DNA of 64,000 nt from an uncultured Spirochaetota bacterium. GTDB taxonomy: Bacteria; Spirochaetota; Spirochaetia; SZUA-6; Fen-1364. Location: NCBI GenBank assembly GCA_963745235.1, contig CAVUXE010000010.1:1-64000 (forward strand). The letters are read 5' to 3'. The position numbers and the translations under genes were made by a program. A model generated the notes under the pieces. That model worked only from the letters and a program-made list of their open reading frames with translations. It made no database searches and was not told the origin of the DNA. Shown piece by piece: positions 52,305 through 61,876 of the stretch. Position 1 is the first letter of the stretch, and every line of letters starts with the position of its first letter.

Positions 52305-53126
52305 ATGAGCGACGCCATCCGGGGCAAGAGCATCCTCCTCACCGGCGCAACGAGCGGAATCGGCCTCGCCACCGCTCGGTCCCTGGCGGGCTCAGGCGCC
52401 CGCCTCCTGGTCCACGGGCGGGACAGGGGAAAGCTGGACCGCGTGATTGCTGAGCTTGCCGCTCTGGGGGCGACGGTCAAGGGATTCGTTGCCGACCTTT
52501 CATCGCTGGAGGAGACCGCGGCGCTTGCGCGCGCGGTGGCGAGCTCCGAAGGTCGTCTGGACGTCCTTATCAACAACGCCGGGGTTGGATTTGGTCGTGA
52601 CGGGAAGAAGCGGGAGCTGAGCAGGGACGGGCACGAGCTTCGCCTGGCGGTGAACTACCTGGCGCCTTTCCTTCTCACTGGGGACCTGCTTGCCCGAGGG
52701 CTTCCCCGGCTGGCGGTGATCAACGTGGCCTCCGCGGGGCAGGAGACGCTGGACTTCGATGACCTGATGAGCCAGCGCGCCTACACCGGAGTTCGGGCCT
52801 ACTGCAGGAGCAAGCTCGCCCTCATCATGCTGAGCTTCGACCTCGCGGCGCTTCACCCCGCGCTCCAGGTGCACGCCCTTCACCCCGGCACCTACCTGGA
52901 CAGCCAGATGGTGCGGGACGCCGGCATCGCGCCCCTGGGGCCGGTGAGCCGCGGCGCGGAGTCAATCCTTCAGGTTCTCACCATGGCGCTTGGCGGTGGG
53001 GTCTCAGGCAGGTATTTCGACCGGGCGAGGCCCGCGCGAGCCCTTGCCCAGGCGTATGACACGGCAGACCGGAGCAGGCTGAGGGAAATCAGCTTGAAGC
53101 TTGTGGCGCCGTGGCGCCAGACCTGA
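52305..53126 (+). CDS. SDR-family oxidoreductase
   Basis: TGATSGIG, NNAG, NVAS, YCRSK, LHPG. Confidence 0.92.
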   Translation: MSDAIRGKSILLTGATSGIGLATARSLAGSGARLLVHGRDRGKLDRVIAELAALGATVKGFVADLSSLEETAALARAVASSEGRLDVLINNAGVGFGRDGKKRELSRDGHELRLAVNYLAPFLLTGDLLARGLPRLAVINVASAGQETLDFDDLMSQRAYTGVRAYCRSKLALIMLSFDLAALHPALQVHALHPGTYLDSQMVRDAGIAPLGPVSRGAESILQVLTMALGGGVSGRYFDRARPARALAQAYDTADRSRLREISLKLVAPWRQT

Positions 53127-53153
53127 TCTCGCCTCGCCAGCGGGAGGGCTCCC

Positions 53154-53681
53154 CTACTCCAGCCTCATCTTTCTGAGCTTCGGCGATATCACGACCCTGC
53201 AGTACCCGGCGCTCGTGTGGGTGTTGTAGTAGTTCTGGTGGTAGTCTTCCGCCTTCCAGAACTTTTCCAGCGGGCGGATCTCCGTCACGATTGGATCGTG
53301 CCACTTCTTCTGGGCTTTCTTGAGCGAGGCCTCCGCGGCTTTCTTCTGGTCCTCGGAAGCAGTGAGGATGATGGAGCGGTACTGGGCTCCCACGTCGGCT
53401 CCCTGCCGGTTCGGGGTGGTCGGGTCATGCGACTGCCAGAAAACGTCCAGCAGCTCGTCGTAGCTGATCAGCTGGGGGTCGAACTCCACCTGCACCACTT
53501 CCGCGTGGCCCGTTTCCCCCGTGCAGACCTGCTCGTAGGTCGGCTGGGAAACGGAGCCGCCCGCGTACCCCGAGGTCACCGACAGCACCCCCTCGATCCG
53601 CTGGAGCACCGCCTCCAGGCACCAGAAACATCCGCCGCCGAACGTCGCCGTTTCGTGACGGCCGCCCAGACTGTCGCTCAT
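53154..53681 (-). CDS. msrA: Peptide methionine sulfoxide reductase A
   Basis: GGGCFWC, TGHAEVV, QYRS, AEDYHQNY. Confidence 0.96.
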   Translation of the reverse strand: MSDSLGGRHETATFGGGCFWCLEAVLQRIEGVLSVTSGYAGGSVSQPTYEQVCTGETGHAEVVQVEFDPQLISYDELLDVFWQSHDPTTPNRQGADVGAQYRSIILTASEDQKKAAEASLKKAQKKWHDPIVTEIRPLEKFWKAEDYHQNYYNTHTSAGYCRVVISPKLRKMRLE

Positions 53682-53742
53682 CTCGGCCTCCCCGGAGAAT
53701 CTACCCAGGAAAGCCTCAGTCGGACAGCGCGGCCCCCCTTTG

Positions 53743-55464
53743 TCACCGGGCCTCGGCGAACAGGTAGCGCTTCACCTTGCGCGTGGATGTCTTGGGCAGC
53801 TCCACGGCGGAGAGCTCGAAGCTCTGCGGGATCTTGTAGAGCGCCGCGCCAGCGGTGCACTTCTGGATCTCTGCGCGGACGATCCTGCGGATGTCTTCCT
53901 CCGTAAGGTCCTTGGCCGGCTGCATTGCCGCCAGCACGTCAGGATCGGGATAGATGATGGCATGGGGGTACTCGCCGCCCCCGCGGTCCAGCTTGCCCAC
54001 CACCACCACCTCGGAGAGCAGCGGGCTTGCCTGGAGCAGGTTCTCGATCTCCTCCGGGTAGATGTTCTTGCCGCCCTTGGTGACGATGACGTTCTTCAGC
54101 CGGCCCGTGATGGAGAGGTACCCGTCCTCGTCCAGCTTCCCGATGTCACCCGTGTGCAGCCACCCGTCGGCGTCAATGACCTCCCGCGTCTTCTCCGGCA
54201 TTCCGTAGTACCCCAGCATGACGTTGGGGCCTTTCGCAAGGACCTCTCCGTTGCCGTTGTGATCCGGGGCATCGATGCGCACCTGCACGTTGTGCAGGGG
54301 CAGCCCCACGGAGCCAGGCTTGTTGTGCGCCGGGCAGGTCGTGGAAATCACGGGAGAGGTCTCCGTGAGCCCGTATCCCTGGAACGTCACGAGCCCCAGG
54401 GCCTCCATGCCGTCAATGACATCTTTTGCGATTGGCCCGCCCCCGGAAACGAAGAATCGAAGCTTCGAGACCCCGAGCTCACGGGCCACCGATTTGAAGA
54501 GGAGCTTCCCCAACCGGACATGGAGCACCTTGAAGAAGAACATGCTCACGGCGAACATGAGGCGGAACAGGATCCGCACCATCACGCCCCTGGCTTTCAC
54601 ATTTGCGAGGATCCCCTTGTAGATCTTCTCGATCAGCAGCGGCATTGCCGGCACGCAGGTGGCGCCGGTGTCCTTCATGATCCCGATGAGCACGTTGGTC
54701 TTCATGGACGGGACGCTGGTGATCCGCCCGTAGCTGAGAAGGGGTGTGAAGATCCCCAGGCTGGTGGGATAAGTGTGGTGGAAAGGCAGCACGATGATCC
54801 AGTTGTCCTCCGGCCCGAGGGGAGTGGTCATCTGCACGCCGTCCCCGTTCTCCACGAGGTTCCGGTGGGACAGCATGACCCCCTTGGGTGTGCCGGTGGT
54901 CCCCGAGGTAAAAATGAGCGCCGCCAGCTCGTCGGGGGACACCGCGGCCCCGGCATACCCGTGGTCCCCGGATGAGATCAGGGCCCTTCCCTTCTCCACC
55001 ATCGCCATGAACGTCTCACAGGCAGGATCCGCATTATCGAAAAGGACAAGGCTCTTCACCGCCTCGGCGGCGGCTTTTCGGGTCTTCTCCAGGTACTCGG
55101 CGGACGTGAAGATGATCCGGGCGCCGCTTGCCCGCACAATTGCCGCAAGCTCTTCGCCCTTCAAGAGTATGTCATAGGGAACGATCACGGCGCCGACGCA
55201 GGTCACGGCCAGGTAGGTGATGACCCATTCGCTGCGGTTTTCGGAGATAAGACCGACACGGTCTCCCTTCCTGATTCCCCCGGCGAGGAGCGCGGTTGCA
55301 AGAGCGCGGATGTGCTCCCGCAGCTCGCCATAGGAGATCGTCCAATACCCGGCATCCCTCTTCATGGTGAGGGCCGCGGCGCCGAGCATCTCGTCACTGA
55401 AACTTTCCACCATTTCCCGGATGGAGTGGACACCCCGGGACTCCGCCACCTTGTTGATCTGCAT
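53743..55464 (-). CDS. Long-chain acyl-CoA synthetase (AMP-binding)
   Basis: FTSGTTGTPKG, QGYGLTETSP, LHTGD, GRLKN, GKNIYPEEIE, LPKTST; AGGAG RBS before MQINKV. Confidence 0.9.
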   Translation of the reverse strand: MQINKVAESRGVHSIREMVESFSDEMLGAAALTMKRDAGYWTISYGELREHIRALATALLAGGIRKGDRVGLISENRSEWVITYLAVTCVGAVIVPYDILLKGEELAAIVRASGARIIFTSAEYLEKTRKAAAEAVKSLVLFDNADPACETFMAMVEKGRALISSGDHGYAGAAVSPDELAALIFTSGTTGTPKGVMLSHRNLVENGDGVQMTTPLGPEDNWIIVLPFHHTYPTSLGIFTPLLSYGRITSVPSMKTNVLIGIMKDTGATCVPAMPLLIEKIYKGILANVKARGVMVRILFRLMFAVSMFFFKVLHVRLGKLLFKSVARELGVSKLRFFVSGGGPIAKDVIDGMEALGLVTFQGYGLTETSPVISTTCPAHNKPGSVGLPLHNVQVRIDAPDHNGNGEVLAKGPNVMLGYYGMPEKTREVIDADGWLHTGDIGKLDEDGYLSITGRLKNVIVTKGGKNIYPEEIENLLQASPLLSEVVVVGKLDRGGGEYPHAIIYPDPDVLAAMQPAKDLTEEDIRRIVRAEIQKCTAGAALYKIPQSFELSAVELPKTSTRKVKRYLFAEAR

Positions 55465-55487
55465 GAAAGACTCCTGAAGCCCGCCCG

Positions 55488-56012
55488 CTATTTCGAGATT
55501 GCGAGCCGGCCAAAGACTGCGGCTGCATGAACGACCAGGGCCGGCTCCCCGTCGCGATACGCCGCCGACGTGTATACTGTGTCGCCGAAGGACACCGAAC
55601 GGCCGTCCGGCGCGATGATGGAGCCGAAGGCCGCCGACATGTCGATGCGGACCGGGAGGGCGGGGTTGATGCGCAGGACGCCGCTGCCGAAAACCACGTT
55701 CACCCGGATGACGATGGTCGCGGGGCCCGGGGTCGCCGTGGAGAGGTCCACGTCCCCGCTGCCGAAGATGACATTGTAATCCCTGTCCCATCCCGCCGTG
55801 TATCTCTGGTGGGACGCGGAGAAAGCGGCCACCGGGCCCCTGTCAGCGAGCGGTCCCCGCACGAGGACCCTGATTCCGACATAGACGAAAAGGACGGCGA
55901 TGATCAGGCGGACAATTGGCAGGTGGAAGGGGAGCATGCGCCGCAGGATGAACCACACCCCGACGGCAATGAGGAGGACTCCCCAGAAGATCCCATCGAT
56001 CAGGGACGGCAT
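55488..56012 (-). CDS. LiaF-like membrane protein (DUF2154-type C-terminus)
   Basis: IFWGVLLIAVG TM hairpin, then VIFGSGDVDLS, VVFGS, AAFGS and AVFG beta repeats. Confidence 0.7.
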   Translation of the reverse strand: MPSLIDGIFWGVLLIAVGVWFILRRMLPFHLPIVRLIIAVLFVYVGIRVLVRGPLADRGPVAAFSASHQRYTAGWDRDYNVIFGSGDVDLSTATPGPATIVIRVNVVFGSGVLRINPALPVRIDMSAAFGSIIAPDGRSVSFGDTVYTSAAYRDGEPALVVHAAAVFGRLAISK

Positions 56013-56060
56013 TGACGATTCTCCTTGATGCCTCCATTGAAAGGCGCGCTGTAGGGGGTG

Positions 56061-57413
56061 TCAAGCGCGCCGCTGGACCTCGGCGTTTATCCGGTCCCGC
56101 AGCCACTCCTGCTCGCGGGCGGAGAGCTCTCCAGCGAACCTGAACGTCCGCGCTCCGATGTCCATAGAGAGAAACGAACGAGAACGGGAGTGGCGACCGG
56201 AGCGGGATGAGGACCTCCCCAGCTCAGACACGCAGGGCCCCACCTCCGAAAGGGGCGCGGAATCCTGTCGACGAAAGAAGAGGAACCTCCTTGTGAAGGT
56301 GACTCCCTGGTCATCGACGGTGATGCCGGTCCTGCCAAAGAGGCGGTACACTGCCCTCGAGATGATAAGAACCCCGATTCCCCAGAAGGGAATCGAGAAC
56401 AGGCTGAATCCGAAGGGAGCTCCCGTGGTCACCGCGGAGTACGTCCAGAACCCGATGATCCCCAGCCAGATGATTCCGAAGCTGCCGTAGGGGGACCTGC
56501 CGCCTCCGCGCTCGGGGACCTCGATGGACACGCGGCCGTCACTCTCTCGGAGCCTGATGCGGGATGCGTAGGGGACCCCCCGGGAGGAAGCCGGGGTGTC
56601 TCCCCCGGGAAGGTCTTTTCCCCTCAGGAGCGCGGCCGCGTCGGCCACCGGGAGCGTGCGCCGCGCCTCGTCCGGCTCCAGCCAACTCCCGAGCACCCGC
56701 CTCAGCCCAGGGGAGGAGATCTCCACCACGGAGCGGAAATCTATCTTCATGTCGCGGGTGGGAAGGTCCGCCGGGTTTCTGTGCGTCAGCAGGAAGAGAA
56801 GTGTGGCCGCCACGGCGTACAGGTCCGAGCGGATTGTTGCCCGGCCGGTGAACTGTTCCAAGGGTGTATAGCCCGGAGTCCCGATGATGGTGGAGCTTGT
56901 GACGCCGGAAATCCGAATGGCGTCCTGCACGCCCCCGAAATCCAGCAGGAATACAGCGGCGTCAGCGCGCTGAATGACATTCCTCGGGTTGATGTCCCGA
57001 TGGATGACCGGAGGCCGCACGGAATGGATGTAGTCCACCACGTTCAGGAGACGCGCGCCAATGTCGCAGATCTCCTCTTCCGTTGCCCGCCAGCCCGTGT
57101 CCACCTTTTCCTGCAGGCTCTTTCCATCGACGAACTGCCGCACGAGCACAAAGCGCGCGCTTCCCTCCACGTCGGCGCGGAAGAAGTCCTTGTAGGCGGG
57201 GATGCAGTCGTGATGGAGCCCTTTGAGGACCGCGGCCTCCCTCTCGAAAAGCTCAACGGCTTTCCAGTCCCGCAGCAGGTCGAGGTGCAGCAGCTTCGCC
57301 ACCGCGGAGGAGTCGTCCCGGGTGTCCCGGACCAGGAAGGTGATTCCCGCGCCGCCCCTGCCAAGCTCCCGCTCAATCGTGTACCGGTCCCCCAGCAGGT
57401 CGCCGCTCGTCAT
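56061..57413 (-). CDS. Hanks-type Ser/Thr protein kinase with two C-terminal TM helices
   Basis: LGRGGAG, VAK, FEREA, IHRDINPRN, DFG, GTPGY, SDLY. Confidence 0.9.
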   Translation of the reverse strand: MTSGDLLGDRYTIERELGRGGAGITFLVRDTRDDSSAVAKLLHLDLLRDWKAVELFEREAAVLKGLHHDCIPAYKDFFRADVEGSARFVLVRQFVDGKSLQEKVDTGWRATEEEICDIGARLLNVVDYIHSVRPPVIHRDINPRNVIQRADAAVFLLDFGGVQDAIRISGVTSSTIIGTPGYTPLEQFTGRATIRSDLYAVAATLLFLLTHRNPADLPTRDMKIDFRSVVEISSPGLRRVLGSWLEPDEARRTLPVADAAALLRGKDLPGGDTPASSRGVPYASRIRLRESDGRVSIEVPERGGGRSPYGSFGIIWLGIIGFWTYSAVTTGAPFGFSLFSIPFWGIGVLIISRAVYRLFGRTGITVDDQGVTFTRRFLFFRRQDSAPLSEVGPCVSELGRSSSRSGRHSRSRSFLSMDIGARTFRFAGELSAREQEWLRDRINAEVQRRA

Positions 57414-57502
57414 AGGTGCGATGGTAGCAAAGAAGTTCCTGGCCGTCAAAGAAACGACGGCAGGGGTTCGGGGGTATATAGGACCGGGGAAGGAGACAGA
57501 GA

Positions 57503-57727
57503 ATGGCGATCAAGAGGATGAGACTTGCAACCTGGCTGGTGTCACACAACCTCATGACCCTGGATCAGGCCAATGAGGTCATGCATGAGCAGCGGCAGCA
57601 GACAGGCCACATCCGGGACAGGTTCGGCAGGATCGCGGTCAAAAAGGGCTACATATCCGAAGAAGCGCTGACACGGGCATACCTCGCGAAGGAAAGGGAA
57701 GAGGCCGCGGTCAGATCCTCTCTCTGA
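57503..57727 (+). CDS. Small stand-alone MshEN-like protein
   Basis: AAGGAG RBS. Two 24-aa motifs, RLATWLVSHNLMTLDQANEVMHEQ and RFGRIAVKKGYISEEALTRAYLAK, fit RLGxxLxxxGLIxxxxLxxxLxxQ imperfectly. Confidence 0.65.
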   Translation: MAIKRMRLATWLVSHNLMTLDQANEVMHEQRQQTGHIRDRFGRIAVKKGYISEEALTRAYLAKEREEAAVRSSL

Positions 57728-58364
57728 CCCAGGGGTAGGCTTCCTCGAAGCTGGCAAAACGCAGGTCGGCGAGCCGGGCGTTGTCGCGGGAGGCGAGCTC
57801 CGCGACGAACGCAACGGAAATGCCCGCCCTGCGCGCCGCCTCGATCCCCGCGGGGGAGTCTTCGAATACCAGCGCTTCCCGCGGGGAAGCTTTCAGCGCG
57901 TCGAGGGCCTTGAGGAACCCCTCCGGGTCGGGCTTCCCCTTTGCGCAGTCCTCGTCGCTGAGGATCAGGTCAACGCTGTCGGCGCGCATGCCGATGTTGT
58001 CCAGCATGGCATTGATTTCGGCCCGCGTGGACCCGCTGACAATGCCCTGCGGCACCGGGAGAGCGAGCATCCGGTCGAAGCCCCTGGCCACGCGCAGTTT
58101 TCTGTCCTTGAGAAAGTCGCTTTTCCTGCGCAGGAATGTCTCCCAGACTTCCTTCATTGTCTTGTGAAAACCGCGGTTCTTCGCCAGCCAGTCGAATACG
58201 CCGCTCCAGGAGAACCCGTACAGGAGATCCAGCTCAGCCTGGCTGAGCTCCAGCGAGTATTCCTTCAGAAGCAGATCTGAAAACAGGGCATCGTTGATGC
58301 GCTCACTTTCGACGATGGTATCGTCGAAATCGTAGATGATGGCACTGATCCTGTCCGGTTCCAT
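57711..58364 (-). CDS. HAD-family phosphatase (beta-PGM/CbbY-like)
   Basis: YDFDDTIVES, VSG, GKPDPEGF, FEDSPAGIEAA. Confidence 0.9.
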   Translation of the reverse strand: MEPDRISAIIYDFDDTIVESERINDALFSDLLLKEYSLELSQAELDLLYGFSWSGVFDWLAKNRGFHKTMKEVWETFLRRKSDFLKDRKLRVARGFDRMLALPVPQGIVSGSTRAEINAMLDNIGMRADSVDLILSDEDCAKGKPDPEGFLKALDALKASPREALVFEDSPAGIEAARRAGISVAFVAELASRDNARLADLRFASFEEAYPWVRERI

Positions 58365-58440
58365 GGCGCGGGAGTATAGAGGAAAACCGTGTAAAAGTCC
58401 GCGCAAGGTGATACAATCCGGGTGAAAAGGGTAGACCAGA

Positions 58441-59154
58441 ATGCGTCTGAAGAACTACAACGAAGATCTCGTCCTGGACACCGTGAAAATCGTCCTCAAG
58501 GACCGTTCGGACGTGCGCCCCACGCGCTCCTTTATCCTGGACGTCGCGGCATATGTGCTCAACAGGATCCCTCCCAAGTACATCACGAGCGAGCGTGGAT
58601 TCACGCGCGAGGTCGTCCAGGCGGCCGGCAACGGAAACGGCGAAGGGCACCGGCTCGTGAACGTCATCGAGCTGATCGCTTACGTCAACCGGGCCATCGA
58701 GGTCGTTGCCAGACGCCGTCGTGACCGCGCCCCTGCGCGGAGCAGGCGGGCTCCCGCGGCAGCGTCGGACAACGGCGCGGCGCGGCTCACGTACTTCTAC
58801 AACATGCCCCATATCTTCGGAAGGATCGTGGATGCGCGGGATGGGACGCCGGTGATCTCCGCGGAAGCCACCCTCTGGATCAACGACAAGGTGGCGCCGC
58901 CCGCGGAAACCGGATGGCGCAATCCCTATCTGACCAACGAGCAGACCAGCGGCTATTTCAGCTTCTGGCCCCTGGTGGAAAGCGGTGACTCCGACACCAT
59001 GCGGGCGCAGCTGAAGATCGGGTTCCAGCACGAAAAATACGAACCGTTCACGTTCCGCAGGAGCATCAAGGTGCCCGGAGATTTCTTCTACTATGACTAT
59101 ATCCGCGGCGACAAACTCCTCGATGTCGGGACGCTCGCCATGCGCCCCGCCTGA
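58441..59154 (+). CDS. ComFB-domain protein with C-terminal carboxypeptidase-regulatory-like domain
   Basis: LKNYNEDLV...DVAAYVLNRIPPKY ComFB signature, then YNMPHIFGRIVDA...GYFSFWP. Confidence 0.8.
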   Translation: MRLKNYNEDLVLDTVKIVLKDRSDVRPTRSFILDVAAYVLNRIPPKYITSERGFTREVVQAAGNGNGEGHRLVNVIELIAYVNRAIEVVARRRRDRAPARSRRAPAAASDNGAARLTYFYNMPHIFGRIVDARDGTPVISAEATLWINDKVAPPAETGWRNPYLTNEQTSGYFSFWPLVESGDSDTMRAQLKIGFQHEKYEPFTFRRSIKVPGDFFYYDYIRGDKLLDVGTLAMRPA

Positions 59155-59210
59155 CGACCGCGGCGGCGGAGGCGCGCCTGCGCGCAGTTCTGCGGACAGG
59201 GCACCGGAAT

Positions 59211-59239
59211 TTGCCTTCCCCGGTGCTGCATGCTATTAT
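59211..59239 (+). promoter_or_regulatory. Putative sigma-70 promoter
   Basis: TTGCCT-N17-TATTAT; the IR GCACCGG/CCGGTGC (59201-59226) brackets the -35. Confidence 0.5.
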
Positions 59240-59275
59240 CAATATAATGGGTGAAAGTCGGATGGAGGGCACACC

Positions 59276-59557
59276 ATGGAACCCAGGAAAATCACTTCTG
59301 ATGCTCTGAAGCGTGTGTTCACCGACCTGCGCACCGGCGATGAAAAGGCAATAGGCACCTGGCTTTTCAAGGGATATCGCGTCCAGGTGAGCCGATATCA
59401 ATCCTCGGGGACGGAACGCTCCGCGCTCCTCTACAGGAAAAGACGGGACCAGGGCCTGTGCGTGAGGTGCGGCGCAAAAGTCACGCGGAAGAATCCACTG
59501 ACCGGCATGCTCTACAGGTTGTGTGACGCTCACAGGAAAGAGATAGACAGAAAGTAG
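59276..59557 (+). CDS. Small basic hypothetical protein with CxxC...CxxH Zn site
   Basis: GGAGG RBS; GLCVRCG...YRLCDAHR; Arg/Lys-rich. Confidence 0.75.
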   Translation: MEPRKITSDALKRVFTDLRTGDEKAIGTWLFKGYRVQVSRYQSSGTERSALLYRKRRDQGLCVRCGAKVTRKNPLTGMLYRLCDAHRKEIDRK

Positions 59558-59558
59558 G

Positions 59559-60458
59559 TCACAAACCGGGATCTGACAGGACCGGCGTCTGGATGGTTGC
59601 TGCCGGCTGGGCAGCGGCCGGGTGAGGAGCTTCCTGGGTGCCGGGCAGCTGATCCGGCGGTCCGAGGGGAGGGCCGGGCTCGGTGGGCTCGGCCTGCGGA
59701 TCAGGAAACTTCGTCAACAGGTACTCGTAACGCTCCCGCATCTGCCTGCTTTTCTGGAAGGTGTTGACGTTGAACCGCAGGGGGTTGGTGATGATGGTCA
59801 CCAGCCGCCGAAGCTCGTCCAGGGACAGGGCTGCAACGCTCGTTCCATAGTAATAGTAGGAAGCGGCTCCGATCCCGTAAATGCCTTTCCCCCATTCGAT
59901 GCAGTTCAGGTACAGCTCCAGGATCCGGTTCTTGGGCATCAGCAGGTCCATCTCTATGGCGATGAGCGCCTCGCCGTACTTGCGGAAGTACGTCTTTCGG
60001 GGAGTGAGGAAGAGGTTGCGCGCGAGTTGCTGCGGTATGGTGCTTCCCCCGTACAGGGGATAGCCAAGGGCCCGGTCCACCAGGTAGGCGTCCCGGATCG
60101 CCCCGAGATCGATCCCGAGGTGGCTGTAAAAACGATAGTCTTCCAGCCGGATCACCATTCTCCGGGCAACGAGGGGGATTCGATGCAGGGGAACAAAGCG
60201 CACCCGCTCCGCTTTCTGGTGCACCGTCGCTCCCCGCCAGACCATCAGCGCCGTCACCCCGGGGTTGACCCGGAGCAGGGCGAGGCTGGCGATGAGCACC
60301 AGGAAGAAGAGCACCGCGTGGGAGATGAGGAGGCCTGCAACGAGGAACCTGGCGAGCTTTCCCGCAATCCGGGAAGGCTTCACGACGTCCTTGAGCCAGG
60401 CCATCCGAAGCGCAATGGACTCGGAAAAGCGGGCGTTCATGTCGGATTGCCAAGGCAA
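59559..60458 (-). CDS. mtgA: Monofunctional peptidoglycan transglycosylase (GT51)
   Basis: EDYRFYSHLGID, GGSTIPQQLARNLFL, RKYGE, ILELYLNCIEWG; start uncertain. Confidence 0.85.
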   Translation of the reverse strand: MPWQSDMNARFSESIALRMAWLKDVVKPSRIAGKLARFLVAGLLISHAVLFFLVLIASLALLRVNPGVTALMVWRGATVHQKAERVRFVPLHRIPLVARRMVIRLEDYRFYSHLGIDLGAIRDAYLVDRALGYPLYGGSTIPQQLARNLFLTPRKTYFRKYGEALIAIEMDLLMPKNRILELYLNCIEWGKGIYGIGAASYYYYGTSVAALSLDELRRLVTIITNPLRFNVNTFQKSRQMRERYEYLLTKFPDPQAEPTEPGPPLGPPDQLPGTQEAPHPAAAQPAATIQTPVLSDPGL

Positions 60459-60539
60459 CGTTACGGAAGCAGGGCCCGAAAGTCAAGCCGGACCGGATTT
60501 GGAAGCGGATCTTGAGGACCGGACCCGGTTGCCCGAGAT

Positions 60540-61535
60540 ATGGTATCCTCAAGCACTGTGGCACGAGTGTCCTCTCTTGGAGAAGCGCGGCAACGCCTCC
60601 CGCGCGAGTTCCTGGAAAGCCTCCAGGAGACTTTCCCGCAGGCGGCGTCCCAGGCAATCCTTCGCGGAATGTGCGCCCGGCGTCCCGACCACGCTCCGCG
60701 TGAACAGCCTCCACGCGACCCCCGAGGAGATCGCGGCCTTCTTCCGGGAAGAAGGCGTGAAGCACCGCAGGGTCCCCTGGTGCCCCCAGGGGTTCATTCT
60801 CAGCGAGCTGCGGGAGCGCGACGTCCAGAGGTGGGACAGCTACCGCGACGGCCGCATCTACCTGCAGAGCCTGTCGAGCATGGTTCCCGCTCTTGCCCTG
60901 GGGCCGCGCCCGGGTGAGCATGTCCTTGACATCGCGGCTGCTCCGGGAAGCAAGACGACCCAGATGGCGGCAATGATGGAAAACAGCGGCTCCATTCTTG
61001 CCGTTGAGCTGGACCCGGTGCGCGCCCAGCGACTGGCCTACAACGTTGCGCTCCAGGGCTGCGGCAACGTCGCCGTGCGGGCGGGCCGGGGGAGAAGATC
61101 GGGGAGGAAATGCCCGGCTGCTTCGACCGGGTCCTCCTGGATGTTCCCTGCTCCGGAGAGGGGAGATTCATCGTTGGAATGCCCGCCTCTTCGCGATCCT
61201 GGTCCAGGAAGCTGATTGCGGACAGGGCCCGCCTGCAGCGCAAGCTGTTTGCCAGCGGGTTCAAGGCGCTGAAAGTCGGTGGCGTTCTCGTGTACTCCAC
61301 CTGCACACTCAATCTCGACGAGAATGAGAGAATCATCCACTGGGCGCTGGAGAGCTTCCCGCTGTCGACGGAAAAGGTTCCGGTGCCTATTGCGGGTTCG
61401 TGGTCCGGGATGTCGCGGGGGCTCGACCCGGGCGTCTCGAAAGCGCTTCGGCTCTTCCCGGACGCGGAGAAGGAAGGCTTCTTCATCTGTCGGATGCGCA
61501 AGATGGGGGAGGGCGAAACGGAGGAACGGCCATGA
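60540..61535 (+). CDS. RsmB/RsmF (NOL1/NOP2) RNA m5C methyltransferase (frameshifts at ~60685 and ~61090)
   Basis: TLRVNSL, IYLQSLSSM, VLDIAAAPGSKT, LLDVPCSGEG, VYSTCT, EGFFI across three frames. Confidence 0.88.
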
Positions 61536-61876
61536 GACCGGCAGGGTTCGTGTTGGCTTTCACGGTTCTCGCGCTCCTTCTTGTCCAGCAGAAGGCTCAT
61601 GCCGAGGGATGGCAGCCGTGGCGGACGGTCAAAGACACCCACATCGCGTGGCACTACCGGTGGAACCCGGATTGGGGAGACTATGACATCGAGATCCGCA
61701 ATGACAACGACTCCAGCGTCAGCCTCAAGTTTGTCGTGAGCAGCCCCAAGGGAAAGTCCACCGGGTTCTGGTCTTTGAAGCCGGGCGCCTCCGCGTCATT
61801 CCTGGAGAAGTTCCCCGACGGAGGGCCGGCAACTGTCCTGCGCCTGCAGATCCTCGAATCAGACAGCGGGGACTAG
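61532..61876 (+). CDS. Small secreted hypothetical protein
   Basis: GGAGG RBS, ATGA overlap, signal peptide ending AHA, Trp-rich beta-type domain. Confidence 0.65.
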   Translation: MRPAGFVLAFTVLALLLVQQKAHAEGWQPWRTVKDTHIAWHYRWNPDWGDYDIEIRNDNDSSVSLKFVVSSPKGKSTGFWSLKPGASASFLEKFPDGGPATVLRLQILESDSGD

